The translations under genes and the position numbers were made by a program. A stretch of 64,000 bases of DNA from contig CAVTMK010000002.1 in assembly GCA_963735805.1 (NCBI GenBank), positions 736,001 through 800,000 of the forward strand, given 5' to 3'. Numbering within the stretch: position 1 is the first letter of the stretch; each line of letters opens with the position of its first letter. Source of the DNA: an uncultured Verrucomicrobiae bacterium. GTDB lineage: Bacteria; Verrucomicrobiota; Verrucomicrobiia; Chthoniobacterales; UBA10450. The notes below the pieces were generated by a model that made no database searches, was not told the DNA's origin, and saw only the letters and a program-made list of their open reading frames with translations. Below, in pieces: positions 31,946 to 41,474 of the stretch.

Positions 31946-32422
31946 ATGCTCTTACAAAAAACCCTACACATGAGCCAGCCGGTGGACGAGTGCAAAGCTC
32001 GTCTGGCTAGTATTCAGTCATATCGGCGGCAGTTTCTGATGGTCACCCGAGCAACGGTGACTTCGTCTAAGACAGTCGATTTCAGCTTCCGAGGCCCCCT
32101 TGGCTTTGAGGCTCACACAGTTCTCCTGTCGGTCGACAGCGATTCGCCGGATCAGTACGCCTTCGAGTCCGTGGGCGGAAATATTTCGCTAATGGGCATC
32201 GTTGATTTCGCTGAAATTAGGCCAAATTGCACCGAAGTTACACTGGCGTTTCATTACGATATCAGGAACAAGCTGTTTGCATGGCTCGATCGACGCTTGC
32301 ACTTCGTGGATAGTTTTGTGACGGCCGAGCTGCGGAGTATTCGTGCGCACTTCGAAGGCATCGCTGCGAGCTACTTGGAGCACTCGCGCGTAATGCCAGT
32401 GTTCCAAACAGCGACTGCCTGA
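31946..32422 (+). CDS. Hypothetical protein, possibly SRPBCC/START-like fold
   Basis: 158-aa ORF, beta-rich with 'TEVTLAFHY' strand and C-terminal helix. Confidence 0.55.
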   Translation: MLLQKTLHMSQPVDECKARLASIQSYRRQFLMVTRATVTSSKTVDFSFRGPLGFEAHTVLLSVDSDSPDQYAFESVGGNISLMGIVDFAEIRPNCTEVTLAFHYDIRNKLFAWLDRRLHFVDSFVTAELRSIRAHFEGIAASYLEHSRVMPVFQTATA

Positions 32423-32487
32423 CAACAACGAATATCCGGAGGACCGCGAAGCGGACCCATTCCCGGTGGTTCAGTGTGCCCCAAGAA

Positions 32488-33660
32488 TCAGCGCACTCGC
32501 ACCGCGTGTTTCCTGTCCAGGCGAAGAGTCTGACCCCGCTTAAGGGTTATTGTGGCTTTTGGATCTCGAATTTTCGTTCCGTCGACCTCTACGCTGCCCT
32601 GTTTAATTAACCGCGAGAGTTCGCTATGCGATTTTTGTACATTGAATACATCCCGATAAACGTTCGAAATGAGGGCCACGGCGGCTATTCCTTCCGGAAT
32701 CGCCGAAAATTCAGGGAGATCGGCATGTTCCAGGTCGCGCTTGCTAAAGCGAGTATTCCATTCGTCGAGCGTTTTTTGGGCGGCAGCTGGCGAGTGATAC
32801 GTTTGCACGATTTCGAACGCGAGCTGTTTCTTGGCTTCGAGTGGATGCAAGTCAGCCGGTGGAATGCGCGCGAGCAGCAATTCATAATAGCGCGCCATCA
32901 AATCGTCTGAGATGCTCATCAGTTTCCCGAACATGTCAGAAGGGGGTTCGTTGATTCCGACAAAGTTGCCGAGACTCTTGCTCATTTTCCTGGATCCATC
33001 TAACCCCTCGAGAATAGGAAGCAGAAAAACGACCTGCTGCGGGAGACCTTCCTCTTTCTGGAAATCGCGACCGATCAGAATATTGAAAAGCTGGTCCGTT
33101 CCTCCGAGCTCAACGTCCGCTTTTACCATTACCGAATCCCAGCCCTGCATGATAGGGTATTGAATTTCGTGGGCACGGATCGATTGCTCCTTGTCGATCC
33201 GGGTCTTGAAATCTTCGCGCTGCAACATTTGCTGCAACGTTACCCGACTGTTGAGGCGAATAACGTCTTCAAAGGACATGGCTCGAAACCAGTCACCGTT
33301 GTAAACGGTTTCTGTGAGCGCCGGATCGAGAATCTTCAACGCTTGCTCACGGTAAGTCGCCGCATTCGCCTGCACTTCACCAGGCGTCAGTTGCGGTCTT
33401 GTTACAGAGCGACCACTCGGATCACCGATCAGTCCTGTAAAGTCGCCGATGATGAGGATTGCCTTGTGGCCCAGATCTTGAAACTGCCGCAGTTTTCGCA
33501 AAACAACCGCGTGGCCAAGGTGAATGTCGGGGGTGGTTGGATCGACGCCTAATTTCACGCGCAGCGGTCGGCCCAGCGCTAGTTTTTCACCCAATTCCTC
33601 TTCGTTAATGATCTGCGCCGCACCCTTGCTTAACAACGCCAGAGCTTCAGCCGGTTGCAT
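32488..33660 (-). CDS. tyrS: Tyrosyl-tRNA synthetase
   Basis: GVDPT..HLGH, ELGGTDQLFN, KMSKS, S4-like tail. Confidence 0.98.
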   Translation of the reverse strand: MQPAEALALLSKGAAQIINEEELGEKLALGRPLRVKLGVDPTTPDIHLGHAVVLRKLRQFQDLGHKAILIIGDFTGLIGDPSGRSVTRPQLTPGEVQANAATYREQALKILDPALTETVYNGDWFRAMSFEDVIRLNSRVTLQQMLQREDFKTRIDKEQSIRAHEIQYPIMQGWDSVMVKADVELGGTDQLFNILIGRDFQKEEGLPQQVVFLLPILEGLDGSRKMSKSLGNFVGINEPPSDMFGKLMSISDDLMARYYELLLARIPPADLHPLEAKKQLAFEIVQTYHSPAAAQKTLDEWNTRFSKRDLEHADLPEFSAIPEGIAAVALISNVYRDVFNVQKSHSELSRLIKQGSVEVDGTKIRDPKATITLKRGQTLRLDRKHAVRVR

Positions 33661-33694
33661 GATCAATCACAGAATAGCGCAGCTGGCCTGCGTG

Positions 33695-34210
33695 CTACTT
33701 GTTTTTGTTCAACAACTCGCGCACCTGGTCGATCGTTAGCGGCGCGTTTTGCCGGTTGAGTGACTTTTGGCTTTTACCCTGCTCCAGAAAGGGTCGGTTC
33801 TCAGCGTAGGCTCGGTTAGAGACTTTTTTTTCGGATTGAGGCGCATTGCGGGAATCCCGTGCCGTTTGAGTTGGATAAGGATGTTGAGAATTTCCCATTG
33901 TTCGCCGCGATGAATTCTCGAAGGCGCCGCGACTCCCGCGGAAAGATCGGGAATTGAAGTGCCTGGTGGAAAATTCACGTGTTCCCGAAAATCCTTTCGA
34001 ATTGGATTTTTTCTCGACGTAAAATGTACCGACACTTGCCTGTTTGTTTATCGATGTACCACTGGCTGTGAATTTCTTCCTCTGGTCGCTGTTCTGCAGA
34101 GACATATCTGGCCTAAGCAAGCGATCCACCAACTTCCGCTCTTGGTCCTGAGCGCGCAGGCAAGAAGAAGCCGCCAGAAACAATGCCGAGAATGCCAACA
34201 GTTTTCGCAC
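33695..34210 (-). CDS. Secreted hypothetical protein, basic and low-complexity
   Basis: GTG start with signal peptide (RKLLAFSALFLAASSCLRA); C-terminal LTIDQVRELLNKNK. Confidence 0.6.
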   Translation of the reverse strand: MRKLLAFSALFLAASSCLRAQDQERKLVDRLLRPDMSLQNSDQRKKFTASGTSINKQASVGTFYVEKKSNSKGFSGTREFSTRHFNSRSFRGSRGAFENSSRRTMGNSQHPYPTQTARDSRNAPQSEKKVSNRAYAENRPFLEQGKSQKSLNRQNAPLTIDQVRELLNKNK

Positions 34211-34367
34211 CTGGCGAGGCTGCCGAAATGGGGGTGCGCTTGTAAAGCAAATTTGATGAACGTGATAGGACAGGCTCATTGCGGCCGGGCAGCACGACCG
34301 CCCTGTGCCTCAATTAAGGCTGGGCTTTTTGTTGTGTCCTGTTGTATCGCTGGGGAATAATGAGTGC

Positions 34368-34574
34368 ATGGCAGAACATACTTATAAAAAAATTGAGTTA
34401 GTTGGATCCTCCCCCAAAGGATTTGAGGAAGCGATCCGTAACGCGCTGGAGCGCGCCAGGAAGACAGTCCGAAATATGCGCTGGTTTGAGGTGATCGAAA
34501 CGCGAGGATATATCGAGGACGGCGAAGTCGCTCATTGGCAAGTGACGCTCAAAGTTGGGTTCACACTCGAGTAA
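34368..34574 (+). CDS. Dodecin (flavin-binding)
   Basis: [10 protein letters not shown]...RWFEV..RG...WQVTLKVGF. Confidence 0.93.
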   Translation: MAEHTYKKIELVGSSPKGFEEAIRNALERARKTVRNMRWFEVIETRGYIEDGEVAHWQVTLKVGFTLE

Positions 34575-34638
34575 CGAACGACGTTTGTGCAAACGCTCGA
34601 GTTTGAAGAGGACTTCCCCGGCGAGCCCGCTTACAACG

Positions 34639-34920
34639 TTATTCTTCTTCCTGCGCCGCCTGATACAGCTTGGTGGCGCCATAGACCAGGATCGCCGGCC
34701 TTAATGCCGCGATCAGCAAGCGAAAGAGGCCGGCTACGATTCGGACCAGCGGCAAGCGGTTCAAGACGTATCCAGCCACAAACGCACACAGAAGCGACTG
34801 TGCCGGTTTTTCGCGAATGTAATCTTCGGTTTCGCTGAGAGCGGTCTCGATTTGTTCTTTCACCCAATGTACTCCGCGTTCCGGGTATTCGGCAGCAACT
34901 TCAGCAGATAAGCGTTCCAT
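34639..34920 (-). CDS. Small ElaB/YqjD-like membrane-anchored protein
   Basis: EDYIREKP followed by a hydrophobic AFVAGY segment. Confidence 0.55.
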   Translation of the reverse strand: MERLSAEVAAEYPERGVHWVKEQIETALSETEDYIREKPAQSLLCAFVAGYVLNRLPLVRIVAGLFRLLIAALRPAILVYGATKLYQAAQEEE

Positions 34921-34968
34921 TTCGTTTTATGATTCGGATTCTGATCCTGCCTTGGGCGCATCGAACTG

Positions 34969-35880
34969 TCAACGCAAGGTCAGCCAGACCGAGCTTGCGC
35001 CTGTCCCCGGCGGGAAATCAGGCAACGAGCGAGGCCGCTCAAATCTGCCGGCGCGTCGGGTCGCCTTCAATCCGTAGCGAGCCATGACTTCCAGCGCATG
35101 CTCGCGCAAGGTAGAGCAGTTGGTCGAGAGCAGAATACGGCCGTCTCGTTCTGTCAGTTCCAGAGCATCGATGAGCAACTTTTCGAAATCGTTATCAACG
35201 TGGAAGGTTTTTCCGCCGGGGGAACGCGAGAAAGTTGGCGGATCAAGAATGATGACATCGAATTTTTCGCCTTGCCGGGCGAGCCGCGGTAGGACGGCCG
35301 TTACGTCGTCGGCGATAAAGCGATGACCCATGGTGGGCAAGCTGTTCAATGCAAAATTCTCACGTCCGCGTGCCAGCGATTTTTTGGAAAGGTCGATACT
35401 GAGAGTTGTTGCTCCGACGTAGGCCGCGCTGACGGAAAAGGAGCAGGTGTAGGCAAAGCAGTTCAACACCCGCTTGGGCGTAATGTGACGGACATAACTG
35501 CGATTTTCCCTCTGATCGGGAAATAATCCAACCGAGAAGCCCGTGCTGAAATCGATACTAAATTTCAAATTTCGTTCGGTGGCAATCGTCTGTAGGTTTT
35601 CAGCTGGGTTCCCACATATAAGTCGAGGAGGTTCACGTTGTTCGCTTTTGCGAGGAACGAATCGGACGAAAATGCGTCCATATTGGAAGAGGATACCGTT
35701 TGCCCACTCCTTCAATTCTTGAATAAGGCGTTCGCGAACGAGGACGCTCTTAAACGAGATGAGGATATCGAGTCCGAAACGTTCCACCCAGCCATCCTCC
35801 ATTGTGCAGAGCCGGTGTGCGTCCGTTCCCTCGGCCTGGAAATCGCGAAACAAGCTTGAATCAATCCAGCCAGGACTCAT
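34969..35880 (-). CDS. RlmI/RlmK-like class I SAM methyltransferase
   Basis: GLFPDQRENR, LNCFAYTCSFS, DVIILDPPTF. Confidence 0.88.
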   Translation of the reverse strand: MSPGWIDSSLFRDFQAEGTDAHRLCTMEDGWVERFGLDILISFKSVLVRERLIQELKEWANGILFQYGRIFVRFVPRKSEQREPPRLICGNPAENLQTIATERNLKFSIDFSTGFSVGLFPDQRENRSYVRHITPKRVLNCFAYTCSFSVSAAYVGATTLSIDLSKKSLARGRENFALNSLPTMGHRFIADDVTAVLPRLARQGEKFDVIILDPPTFSRSPGGKTFHVDNDFEKLLIDALELTERDGRILLSTNCSTLREHALEVMARYGLKATRRAGRFERPRSLPDFPPGTGASSVWLTLR

Positions 35881-35936
35881 TTTCACTAGCCGTATTCAGG
35901 GGCATACTTTCGATTCGGGGGGCGTTAATGGATCGG

Positions 35937-35965
35937 TTGCCGACGAAGCCGGCGGTCGCTAGAAT
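35937..35965 (+). promoter_or_regulatory. Sigma70-type promoter for thrB
   Basis: TTGCCG-17 nt-TAGAAT, 10 nt before the ATG. Confidence 0.5.
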
Positions 35966-35975
35966 CCATCTCCGA

Positions 35976-36833
35976 ATGCAGCAAGTTACCGTTCGCGTTC
36001 CGGCGAGCACCTCGAATCTCGGTCCTGGCTTCGACTGCCTTGGTGTCGCGCTTCGCATTTATAATCGCGTCACAGTTACCAGCGGTCGATCACCAGAACA
36101 ACCTCATCCGAAAATTGTCTCCCAGGCAGCCGGCCGATTTTTCAAACAGTCGCGTAGCCGCATATTTCCGTTTTCCTTTTCAATAGTGGAAGAAATTCCG
36201 CGGTCGCGCGGCCTAGGTGGCAGCGCAACGATTCGCCTCGGTATTTTGCATTCGCTGAACCGCCTTAGCGGAGACCCGCTCGACCAACTAAGGTTGTTCC
36301 AATTATGCGTTGACTTGGAAGGTCACCCCGATAACGCCGCACCGGCGACGTTCGGCGGTTTCACCGTCGTGGCAGGGTCGAGGCAGCGCGGCGTTTCTCC
36401 CTTTCAGCGCTTTGAAGTCTCACCGCAGTTGCGTTTCGTTTTACTGGTTCCGGAGCTCGAGATTCGCACTTCGAAGGCACGAAAACTCCTGCCCTCCAGA
36501 ATTTTGCGTGTTGCAGCCGTTGAGAATTCCGGAAACGCGTGCGCAATCACTGCAGCGTTCGCTTCAAAAAACTACAACAAACTACGCGGCGCAGTCGTCG
36601 ATTTCATTCATCAACCGTTTCGCGCGAAACTGATAAAATTTCTTCCCAGAGTCATTGCCGCCGCGGAAAAAGCAGGTGCGCTTGGCGCCTTCCTTAGTGG
36701 CAGCGGTTCGACAATCTGCGCCGTCACATTACAAGATCCAAGTCGTGTTGCTGTCGCGATGAAGCGCGCCGCTCGATCGTCGTCGCGTATAATCGTCACA
36801 CGAGCCGATAATCGAGGCGTGCATGTTATTTGA
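35976..36833 (+). CDS. thrB: Homoserine kinase
   Basis: PASTSNLGPGFD, PRSRGLGGS, EGHPDN, LSGSGST. Confidence 0.95.
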   Translation: MQQVTVRVPASTSNLGPGFDCLGVALRIYNRVTVTSGRSPEQPHPKIVSQAAGRFFKQSRSRIFPFSFSIVEEIPRSRGLGGSATIRLGILHSLNRLSGDPLDQLRLFQLCVDLEGHPDNAAPATFGGFTVVAGSRQRGVSPFQRFEVSPQLRFVLLVPELEIRTSKARKLLPSRILRVAAVENSGNACAITAAFASKNYNKLRGAVVDFIHQPFRAKLIKFLPRVIAAAEKAGALGAFLSGSGSTICAVTLQDPSRVAVAMKRAARSSSRIIVTRADNRGVHVI

Positions 36834-36851
36834 TTACTGATCACCATCAAA

Positions 36852-38042
36852 ATGGGCCGGCGGCTTGAAAACCTGGAACAGTTTGGAATCGACGTTGTGC
36901 TGGAACGTCGACATGGCGTTCGAGCGTCGATTTTGCGGGGAATCCTTTATGCGCTTTCCTTTGCGTACGATCGGCTCGTGCAACTCCGGCTTTATTTTTA
37001 CCGGAAAAGAATCTTTCGCGAGCGAGCACTTGGGATTCTCGTGATCAGCGTTGGGAATCTGACTGTCGGCGGCACGGGTAAAACGCCGATTGTGGAAAAG
37101 ATTGCTCGTGCGCTGCAAACAGGCGGACGTCGCGTGGCCATTCTGAGTCGAGGATACAAAAGCATGCCGCGCAAACGAAGCTTGCTAAGTCGGCTGTACA
37201 AAAGGGAGGCCGATCCTCCGCGTGTTGTCTCCGATGGAACATCGCTCCTGCTCGATTCGCGTACAGCCGGGGATGAGCCGTACATGCTGGCGCACAATTT
37301 GAAGAACGTTATCGTCCTCGTCGACAAGGACCGCGTCAAAAGCGGTCTCCTGGCCATCGACAAATGGAAAGTCGATACGCTTCTGCTGGACGACGGCTTG
37401 CAGTATCTCCATCTGAAACATCGGTTGGACATCGTCCTTGTGGATCGGCAGGCTCCGTTTGGTAATGAATTCCTTCTTCCTCGAGGCACCTTGCGCGAGG
37501 CTCCGCGAAATTTGCGACGTGCCAGCTACATCGTCATCACGAAAAATACCGGCGAACCGAACGATGCCCTGGTAAGGCGCATTCGCCGCTACAATCGCGC
37601 CGCCGAGATCATTGAATGCGCGCATAAACCACTCTATTTGCAGAATGTGTTCACCGGAGAAAAGATACCGTTGGATCGTTTGCGTGACGTTTTTATCGGC
37701 TCCATCAGCGCGATTGCTGCGCCGGAAAGCTTCGAAGCTGCATTGGAAAAGCTCGGTGCGCGCGTCGATCTGGCCAAGCGCTATATCGATCATCACTACT
37801 ATTCCGAGGCGGAGCTGATCAGCTTCATCAAACGTTGTATCCGGCGTGATTTGGAGATGATTGTGACAACTGAAAAAGATTCGGTGCGCATGCCGCGGTT
37901 ACCGGAGGGCAAAATGAAAGTGCCCATTTATTTTTTGCGGGTGGAAATCGAGATCCTCAGCGGCCACGAAAGTTGGGATCATTGCGTGTCGCGCATTTGC
38001 AAACCACAGCCTGTACTGCCGCCCGAGCGCTTCTTCGCCTGA
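36852..38042 (+). CDS. lpxK: Tetraacyldisaccharide 4'-kinase
   Basis: SVGNLTVGGTGKTP, SRGY, GDEP, LDDGLQ, TTEKD. Confidence 0.95.
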   Translation: MGRRLENLEQFGIDVVLERRHGVRASILRGILYALSFAYDRLVQLRLYFYRKRIFRERALGILVISVGNLTVGGTGKTPIVEKIARALQTGGRRVAILSRGYKSMPRKRSLLSRLYKREADPPRVVSDGTSLLLDSRTAGDEPYMLAHNLKNVIVLVDKDRVKSGLLAIDKWKVDTLLLDDGLQYLHLKHRLDIVLVDRQAPFGNEFLLPRGTLREAPRNLRRASYIVITKNTGEPNDALVRRIRRYNRAAEIIECAHKPLYLQNVFTGEKIPLDRLRDVFIGSISAIAAPESFEAALEKLGARVDLAKRYIDHHYYSEAELISFIKRCIRRDLEMIVTTEKDSVRMPRLPEGKMKVPIYFLRVEIEILSGHESWDHCVSRICKPQPVLPPERFFA

Positions 38043-38049
38043 GAGTTTC

Positions 38050-38073
38050 TCATTCTGAGCGAAGTCGAGGAAT
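38050..38073 (+). repeat. TCATyCyGArCGAAGT-type short intergenic repeat
   Basis: TCATTCTGAGCGAAGTCGAGGAAT; related TGTCATCCCGAACGAAGTGAGA on the minus strand at 49131-49152. Confidence 0.45.
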
Positions 38074-38162
38074 GGAGCGACTAGGACGAGCGACATAGAT
38101 GGTTGCGCCGCGAGGGTAGCGACGAGAGAGTCGGGAGACGAACGAGTCAATCTCTTGATGTA

Positions 38163-39071
38163 ATGCCTCAAAAAGCCGAGCTAATCGTCGAAGGTCGCAA
38201 GATTCAGGTATCGAATCTCGACAAGGTGCTCTATTCGAAAGTCGGGTTCACGAAAGGGCAGGTGATCGATTACTTCATCCGCATCGCGCCAGTTCTCTTG
38301 CCGCATCTGAGGGATCGTCCCCTCACGATGAAGCGCTACCCCAACGGGGTTGATGGCGAATTCTTTTACGAAAAGAACTGTCCGTCGCATCGGCCCAAGT
38401 GGGTTCAGACGGCCAAGGTATGGAGCGAAGGCAATCAGCGGACTATGCAATATTGCCTGGCTAACGATCTGCCAACGCTGGTATGGGCTGCTAATCTCGC
38501 GGACCTGGAGCTGCACACGTCTCTCTCGCGCAAGAACAATATCGTTCGCCCAACCATGATGGTATTCGATCTCGATCCCGGTGCGCCAGCCGATATCGTG
38601 CAATGCTGCCAGGTCGGACTGTGGCTTCGCGATTTGTTAGGCAAAATGAAACTAAAATCGTTCGCCAAAACCAGCGGCTCGAAAGGGCTGCAGGTTTACG
38701 TGCCCCTGAATACACCGGTGACTTATGACCAGACCAAGGATTTGTCGCGCTCTCTCGCGCAGTATCTGGAACATGAGCATGGCAATCTCGTTACGTCGAA
38801 CATGTCGAAAGCGGTACGCAAAAGCAAAGTGTTCGTCGATTGGAGCCAGAATGACGAGCACAAGACGACTATTTGCGTTTATTCACTCCGCGCCAGAGAA
38901 GAACCCACCGTCTCCACCCCAGTAACCTGGGACGAGGTTGAAAAGTGCCTTAAAAAGAAAAAACTCGATCTTTTAAAGTTCCGTTCTGACGAAGTCCTAG
39001 CTCGCGTGGAAAAGCTCGGCGATCTCTTCGAGCCAGTTGAAAAACTCAAACAAAAACTGCCGAAGAAATAG
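38163..39071 (+). CDS. Stand-alone LigD-type primase-polymerase domain protein
   Basis: NLDKVLY, RYPNG..FYEK, FDLDP, KTSGSKG, DWSQN, YSLRAR..TVSTP. Confidence 0.93.
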   Translation: MPQKAELIVEGRKIQVSNLDKVLYSKVGFTKGQVIDYFIRIAPVLLPHLRDRPLTMKRYPNGVDGEFFYEKNCPSHRPKWVQTAKVWSEGNQRTMQYCLANDLPTLVWAANLADLELHTSLSRKNNIVRPTMMVFDLDPGAPADIVQCCQVGLWLRDLLGKMKLKSFAKTSGSKGLQVYVPLNTPVTYDQTKDLSRSLAQYLEHEHGNLVTSNMSKAVRKSKVFVDWSQNDEHKTTICVYSLRAREEPTVSTPVTWDEVEKCLKKKKLDLLKFRSDEVLARVEKLGDLFEPVEKLKQKLPKK

Positions 39072-39110
39072 AAGCCTTAGAAGGAATTCATGGGAAACCA
39101 GCTATAGAGC

Positions 39111-39365
39111 GTGAACAATCATGTATGGTTTGATGCGATTGGGTGGGCGGGAGCGACACTTCTGCTGGTAGCTTACGCGATGGTCTCCACTAAGAAATTG
39201 GAAGGAAACTCAACAGTTTACCAACTCTTCAACATCATTGGTAGCCTTCTCCTTGCGGCAAACACTATATTTTACCGTGCTTATCCTTCGTCTTTTGTGA
39301 ATTTGATCTGGATCGGAATAGCCGTTTTTTCAATTGCAACTAGTAGACGCCTCTCTTCCGGCTAG
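39111..39365 (+). CDS. Small three-TM hypothetical membrane protein
   Basis: IGWAGA.LLL.AY, YQLFNIIGS; hydrophobic. Confidence 0.7.
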   Translation: MNNHVWFDAIGWAGATLLLVAYAMVSTKKLEGNSTVYQLFNIIGSLLLAANTIFYRAYPSSFVNLIWIGIAVFSIATSRRLSSG

Positions 39366-39383
39366 CTTTAGAAAATCCTCCAA

Positions 39384-39884
39384 ATGCGGAAGGTAAATCT
39401 GAAAGATATTCCGGAACAGGAACGAAAATCGCCGAAGGGAAAGTTTGGGCGATTTTCGAAAAATATTTCCGTTGCGCTTGGGCGCGAGGCGGAGTCGCTT
39501 GATTTATTGAAACGGCATCCGTTTGACCTCGCGCTGGTCCGAATCCCGAAAGGCAAATTCCTTTGTCCCTATCATGCGCACGCGGCTGAATCAGAACTCT
39601 ACCTTGTCGTCTCCGGCCGTGGCAGCGTGCGTGATAAGGATGGAACGACGGAAGTCGGACCGGGAGATGCATTTTTCTTTCAACCGGGTGAAGCGCATCA
39701 GCTCTGGAATGCGGGCGATGGGGACTTTGTTTATTATGTGATCGCCGATAACCCGCGTAGCGGCGGCGTGACGGGCGATTCTTGTTATTATCCCGACAGC
39801 AAAAAATGGGCGGTAACGAGAGATGGCCGGGATGAAATCGTTGTGAAAGGGACAGAGACTGATTATTTCGATGGCGAAGAATGA
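39384..39884 (+). CDS. Cupin domain protein, paralog 1
   Basis: PYHAH...E.Y, GEAHQL, YYPDSKK. Confidence 0.88.
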   Translation: MRKVNLKDIPEQERKSPKGKFGRFSKNISVALGREAESLDLLKRHPFDLALVRIPKGKFLCPYHAHAAESELYLVVSGRGSVRDKDGTTEVGPGDAFFFQPGEAHQLWNAGDGDFVYYVIADNPRSGGVTGDSCYYPDSKKWAVTRDGRDEIVVKGTETDYFDGEE

Positions 39885-39893
39885 ACCGAATGT

Positions 39894-39952
39894 TGTAGGG
39901 CGTCCGTGTCAGACGCTGGTTCGTGGATCGGCGGTGATAAGCCCCCGCTACA
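39894..39952. repeat. GTAG-type REP doublet
   Basis: TGTAG-GGCGTC..GACGCT ... GGCGGTGATAAGCCCCCG-CTACA. Confidence 0.6.
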
Positions 39953-39962
39953 GTCTTTCTGC

Positions 39963-40451
39963 ATGCGCAAAGCAAATCTAAACGAAATCAAGGAAGAACC
40001 GTGGGAATCGCCGGGCGGAAAATACGCGGTGTCGTTCAAGGGAATTTCGGAAGCCCTGGGGCGCGAAGGAAGCTCGCTCGATTTGGCGAAGCGTCATCCA
40101 TTTGATCTGGAATGGAATCGTGTGCCTCCCGGCAAGGCAAATTTTCCTTACCACGCACATTCGGTCCAGTGGGAACTTTACTTGGTCATCTCTGGAAAGG
40201 GGAGTGTTCGTCACGGGAATGGCACGACTGAGGTTGGGCCGGGGGATGCGTTTATTTTCAGCCCCGACGAACCCCATCAACTTTGCAACCCCGGTCCGGA
40301 AGATTTCGTGTATTACGTGATCGCGGATAATCCAATTGGTGAATCTTGCTATTACCCCGATAGCGGGAAATGGAAGGTGAACAAGTCATCGTCCGCTGAT
40401 CGAGTGGTTGTGAAAGGGAAAGAGACCAATTATTTCGACGACGAGGAGTAA
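39963..40451 (+). CDS. Cupin domain protein, paralog 2
   Basis: Closely similar to 39384-39884 (MRKxNL, RHPFDL, PYHAH, YYVIADNP, YYPDS). Confidence 0.88.
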   Translation: MRKANLNEIKEEPWESPGGKYAVSFKGISEALGREGSSLDLAKRHPFDLEWNRVPPGKANFPYHAHSVQWELYLVISGKGSVRHGNGTTEVGPGDAFIFSPDEPHQLCNPGPEDFVYYVIADNPIGESCYYPDSGKWKVNKSSSADRVVVKGKETNYFDDEE

Positions 40452-40558
40452 ATAGCTGGAGTGATAACTACGTCTGGCTGCGCTCTCGCGAATGTGGCAG
40501 TTCGCTCCTGTTATAGTTATCTTGCAACTCGCGCACCCTATGTGTTTAAGGTCAGACC

Positions 40559-40945
40559 ATGGATTCCGACAAATCACCGAAAGTTTTTCCGTACAAGACC
40601 TACCTTAACATTCTGTACAGCCCGCTTGAGCTTATCGAAGTACAGAAATTGGCCGATGCCTGCACAGACAAGTGGTACAATCAGACGCTTTGCCAAGTAA
40701 ACGATTCTGTCGTTAGGCTCGCAGTAATTCAGGGCGAATATCACTGGCACGAACACAAAGACATCGATGAATTCTTTTTTGTTCTCGATGGACATTTCCT
40801 CATCGATCTTGAAGATCGCGCAATCAACCTCGCGCCGGGGCAGGGCTTCGTTGTGCCGAAAGGTGTGCGCCATCGCACACGCGCGCCTGAACGAACCGTG
40901 ATTCTAATGGTTGAGCGCGCGGATATTGTTCCGACTGGCGACTGA
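40559..40945 (+). CDS. Cupin domain protein (different subfamily)
   Basis: GEYHWHEH..DEFF, VVPKGVRHRT. Confidence 0.88.
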   Translation: MDSDKSPKVFPYKTYLNILYSPLELIEVQKLADACTDKWYNQTLCQVNDSVVRLAVIQGEYHWHEHKDIDEFFFVLDGHFLIDLEDRAINLAPGQGFVVPKGVRHRTRAPERTVILMVERADIVPTGD

Positions 40946-40960
40946 GCTGGCCCAAGACGG

Positions 40961-41419
40961 GTGAAAATCGTCTCTGGCGGACAGACAGGCGTGGATCGCG
41001 CAGCACTCGATGTCGCGCTAAGGCACGGAATTGAATCCGGCGGTTGGTGTCCAGCCGGTCGTCTCGATGAATTCGGTCGAATTCCGGATTGTTATCCGCT
41101 TAAGGAGTTGGAAAACGGTGGTTTTGCCGAGCGGACGTTGCAAAACGTCAAAGATTCCGATGGCACCCTCATCATTTACCCTCGCAAGCTAGCTGGCGGG
41201 ACCGCGCAAACATATCGCCTCTGCGTTGAACAACACCGATTGCGCTGCCTGATTGATGCCTCCCAGGTTTTCACTGAAAAGGCTGCGCAATTGATCGCCG
41301 ATTTTGTCCGCAACAACAGGATCGAGATTCTTAACGTGGCAGGCCCGCGTCAAAGCGAATGGCCAGAAGGATACGCATACGCGTACCGCACGCTGGATTA
41401 TTTTCTCGACGCCTTGTAG
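40961..41419 (+). CDS. Putative molybdenum carrier (SLOG superfamily) protein
   Basis: SGGQTGVDRAALD, GWCPAGR, NVKDSDGT, LNVAGPR. Confidence 0.88.
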   Translation: MKIVSGGQTGVDRAALDVALRHGIESGGWCPAGRLDEFGRIPDCYPLKELENGGFAERTLQNVKDSDGTLIIYPRKLAGGTAQTYRLCVEQHRLRCLIDASQVFTEKAAQLIADFVRNNRIEILNVAGPRQSEWPEGYAYAYRTLDYFLDAL

Positions 41420-41472
41420 CCGCCGTCCTTTGGGCGGTTAGGGATAGGGCGGCTCACAGAGCCGTGGCCACA
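41415..41472. repeat. GTAG-type REP doublet
   Basis: TGTAG-CCGCC..GGCGG ... CGGCTC-ACA-GAGCCG-TGGCCACA between convergent genes. Confidence 0.6.
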
Positions 41473-41474
41473 GA

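Noticed and set aside
32440..32470. Terminator between the hypothetical gene and tyrS
   Set aside because: Short CCGC-GAA-GCGG stem with no U-tract on either strand.
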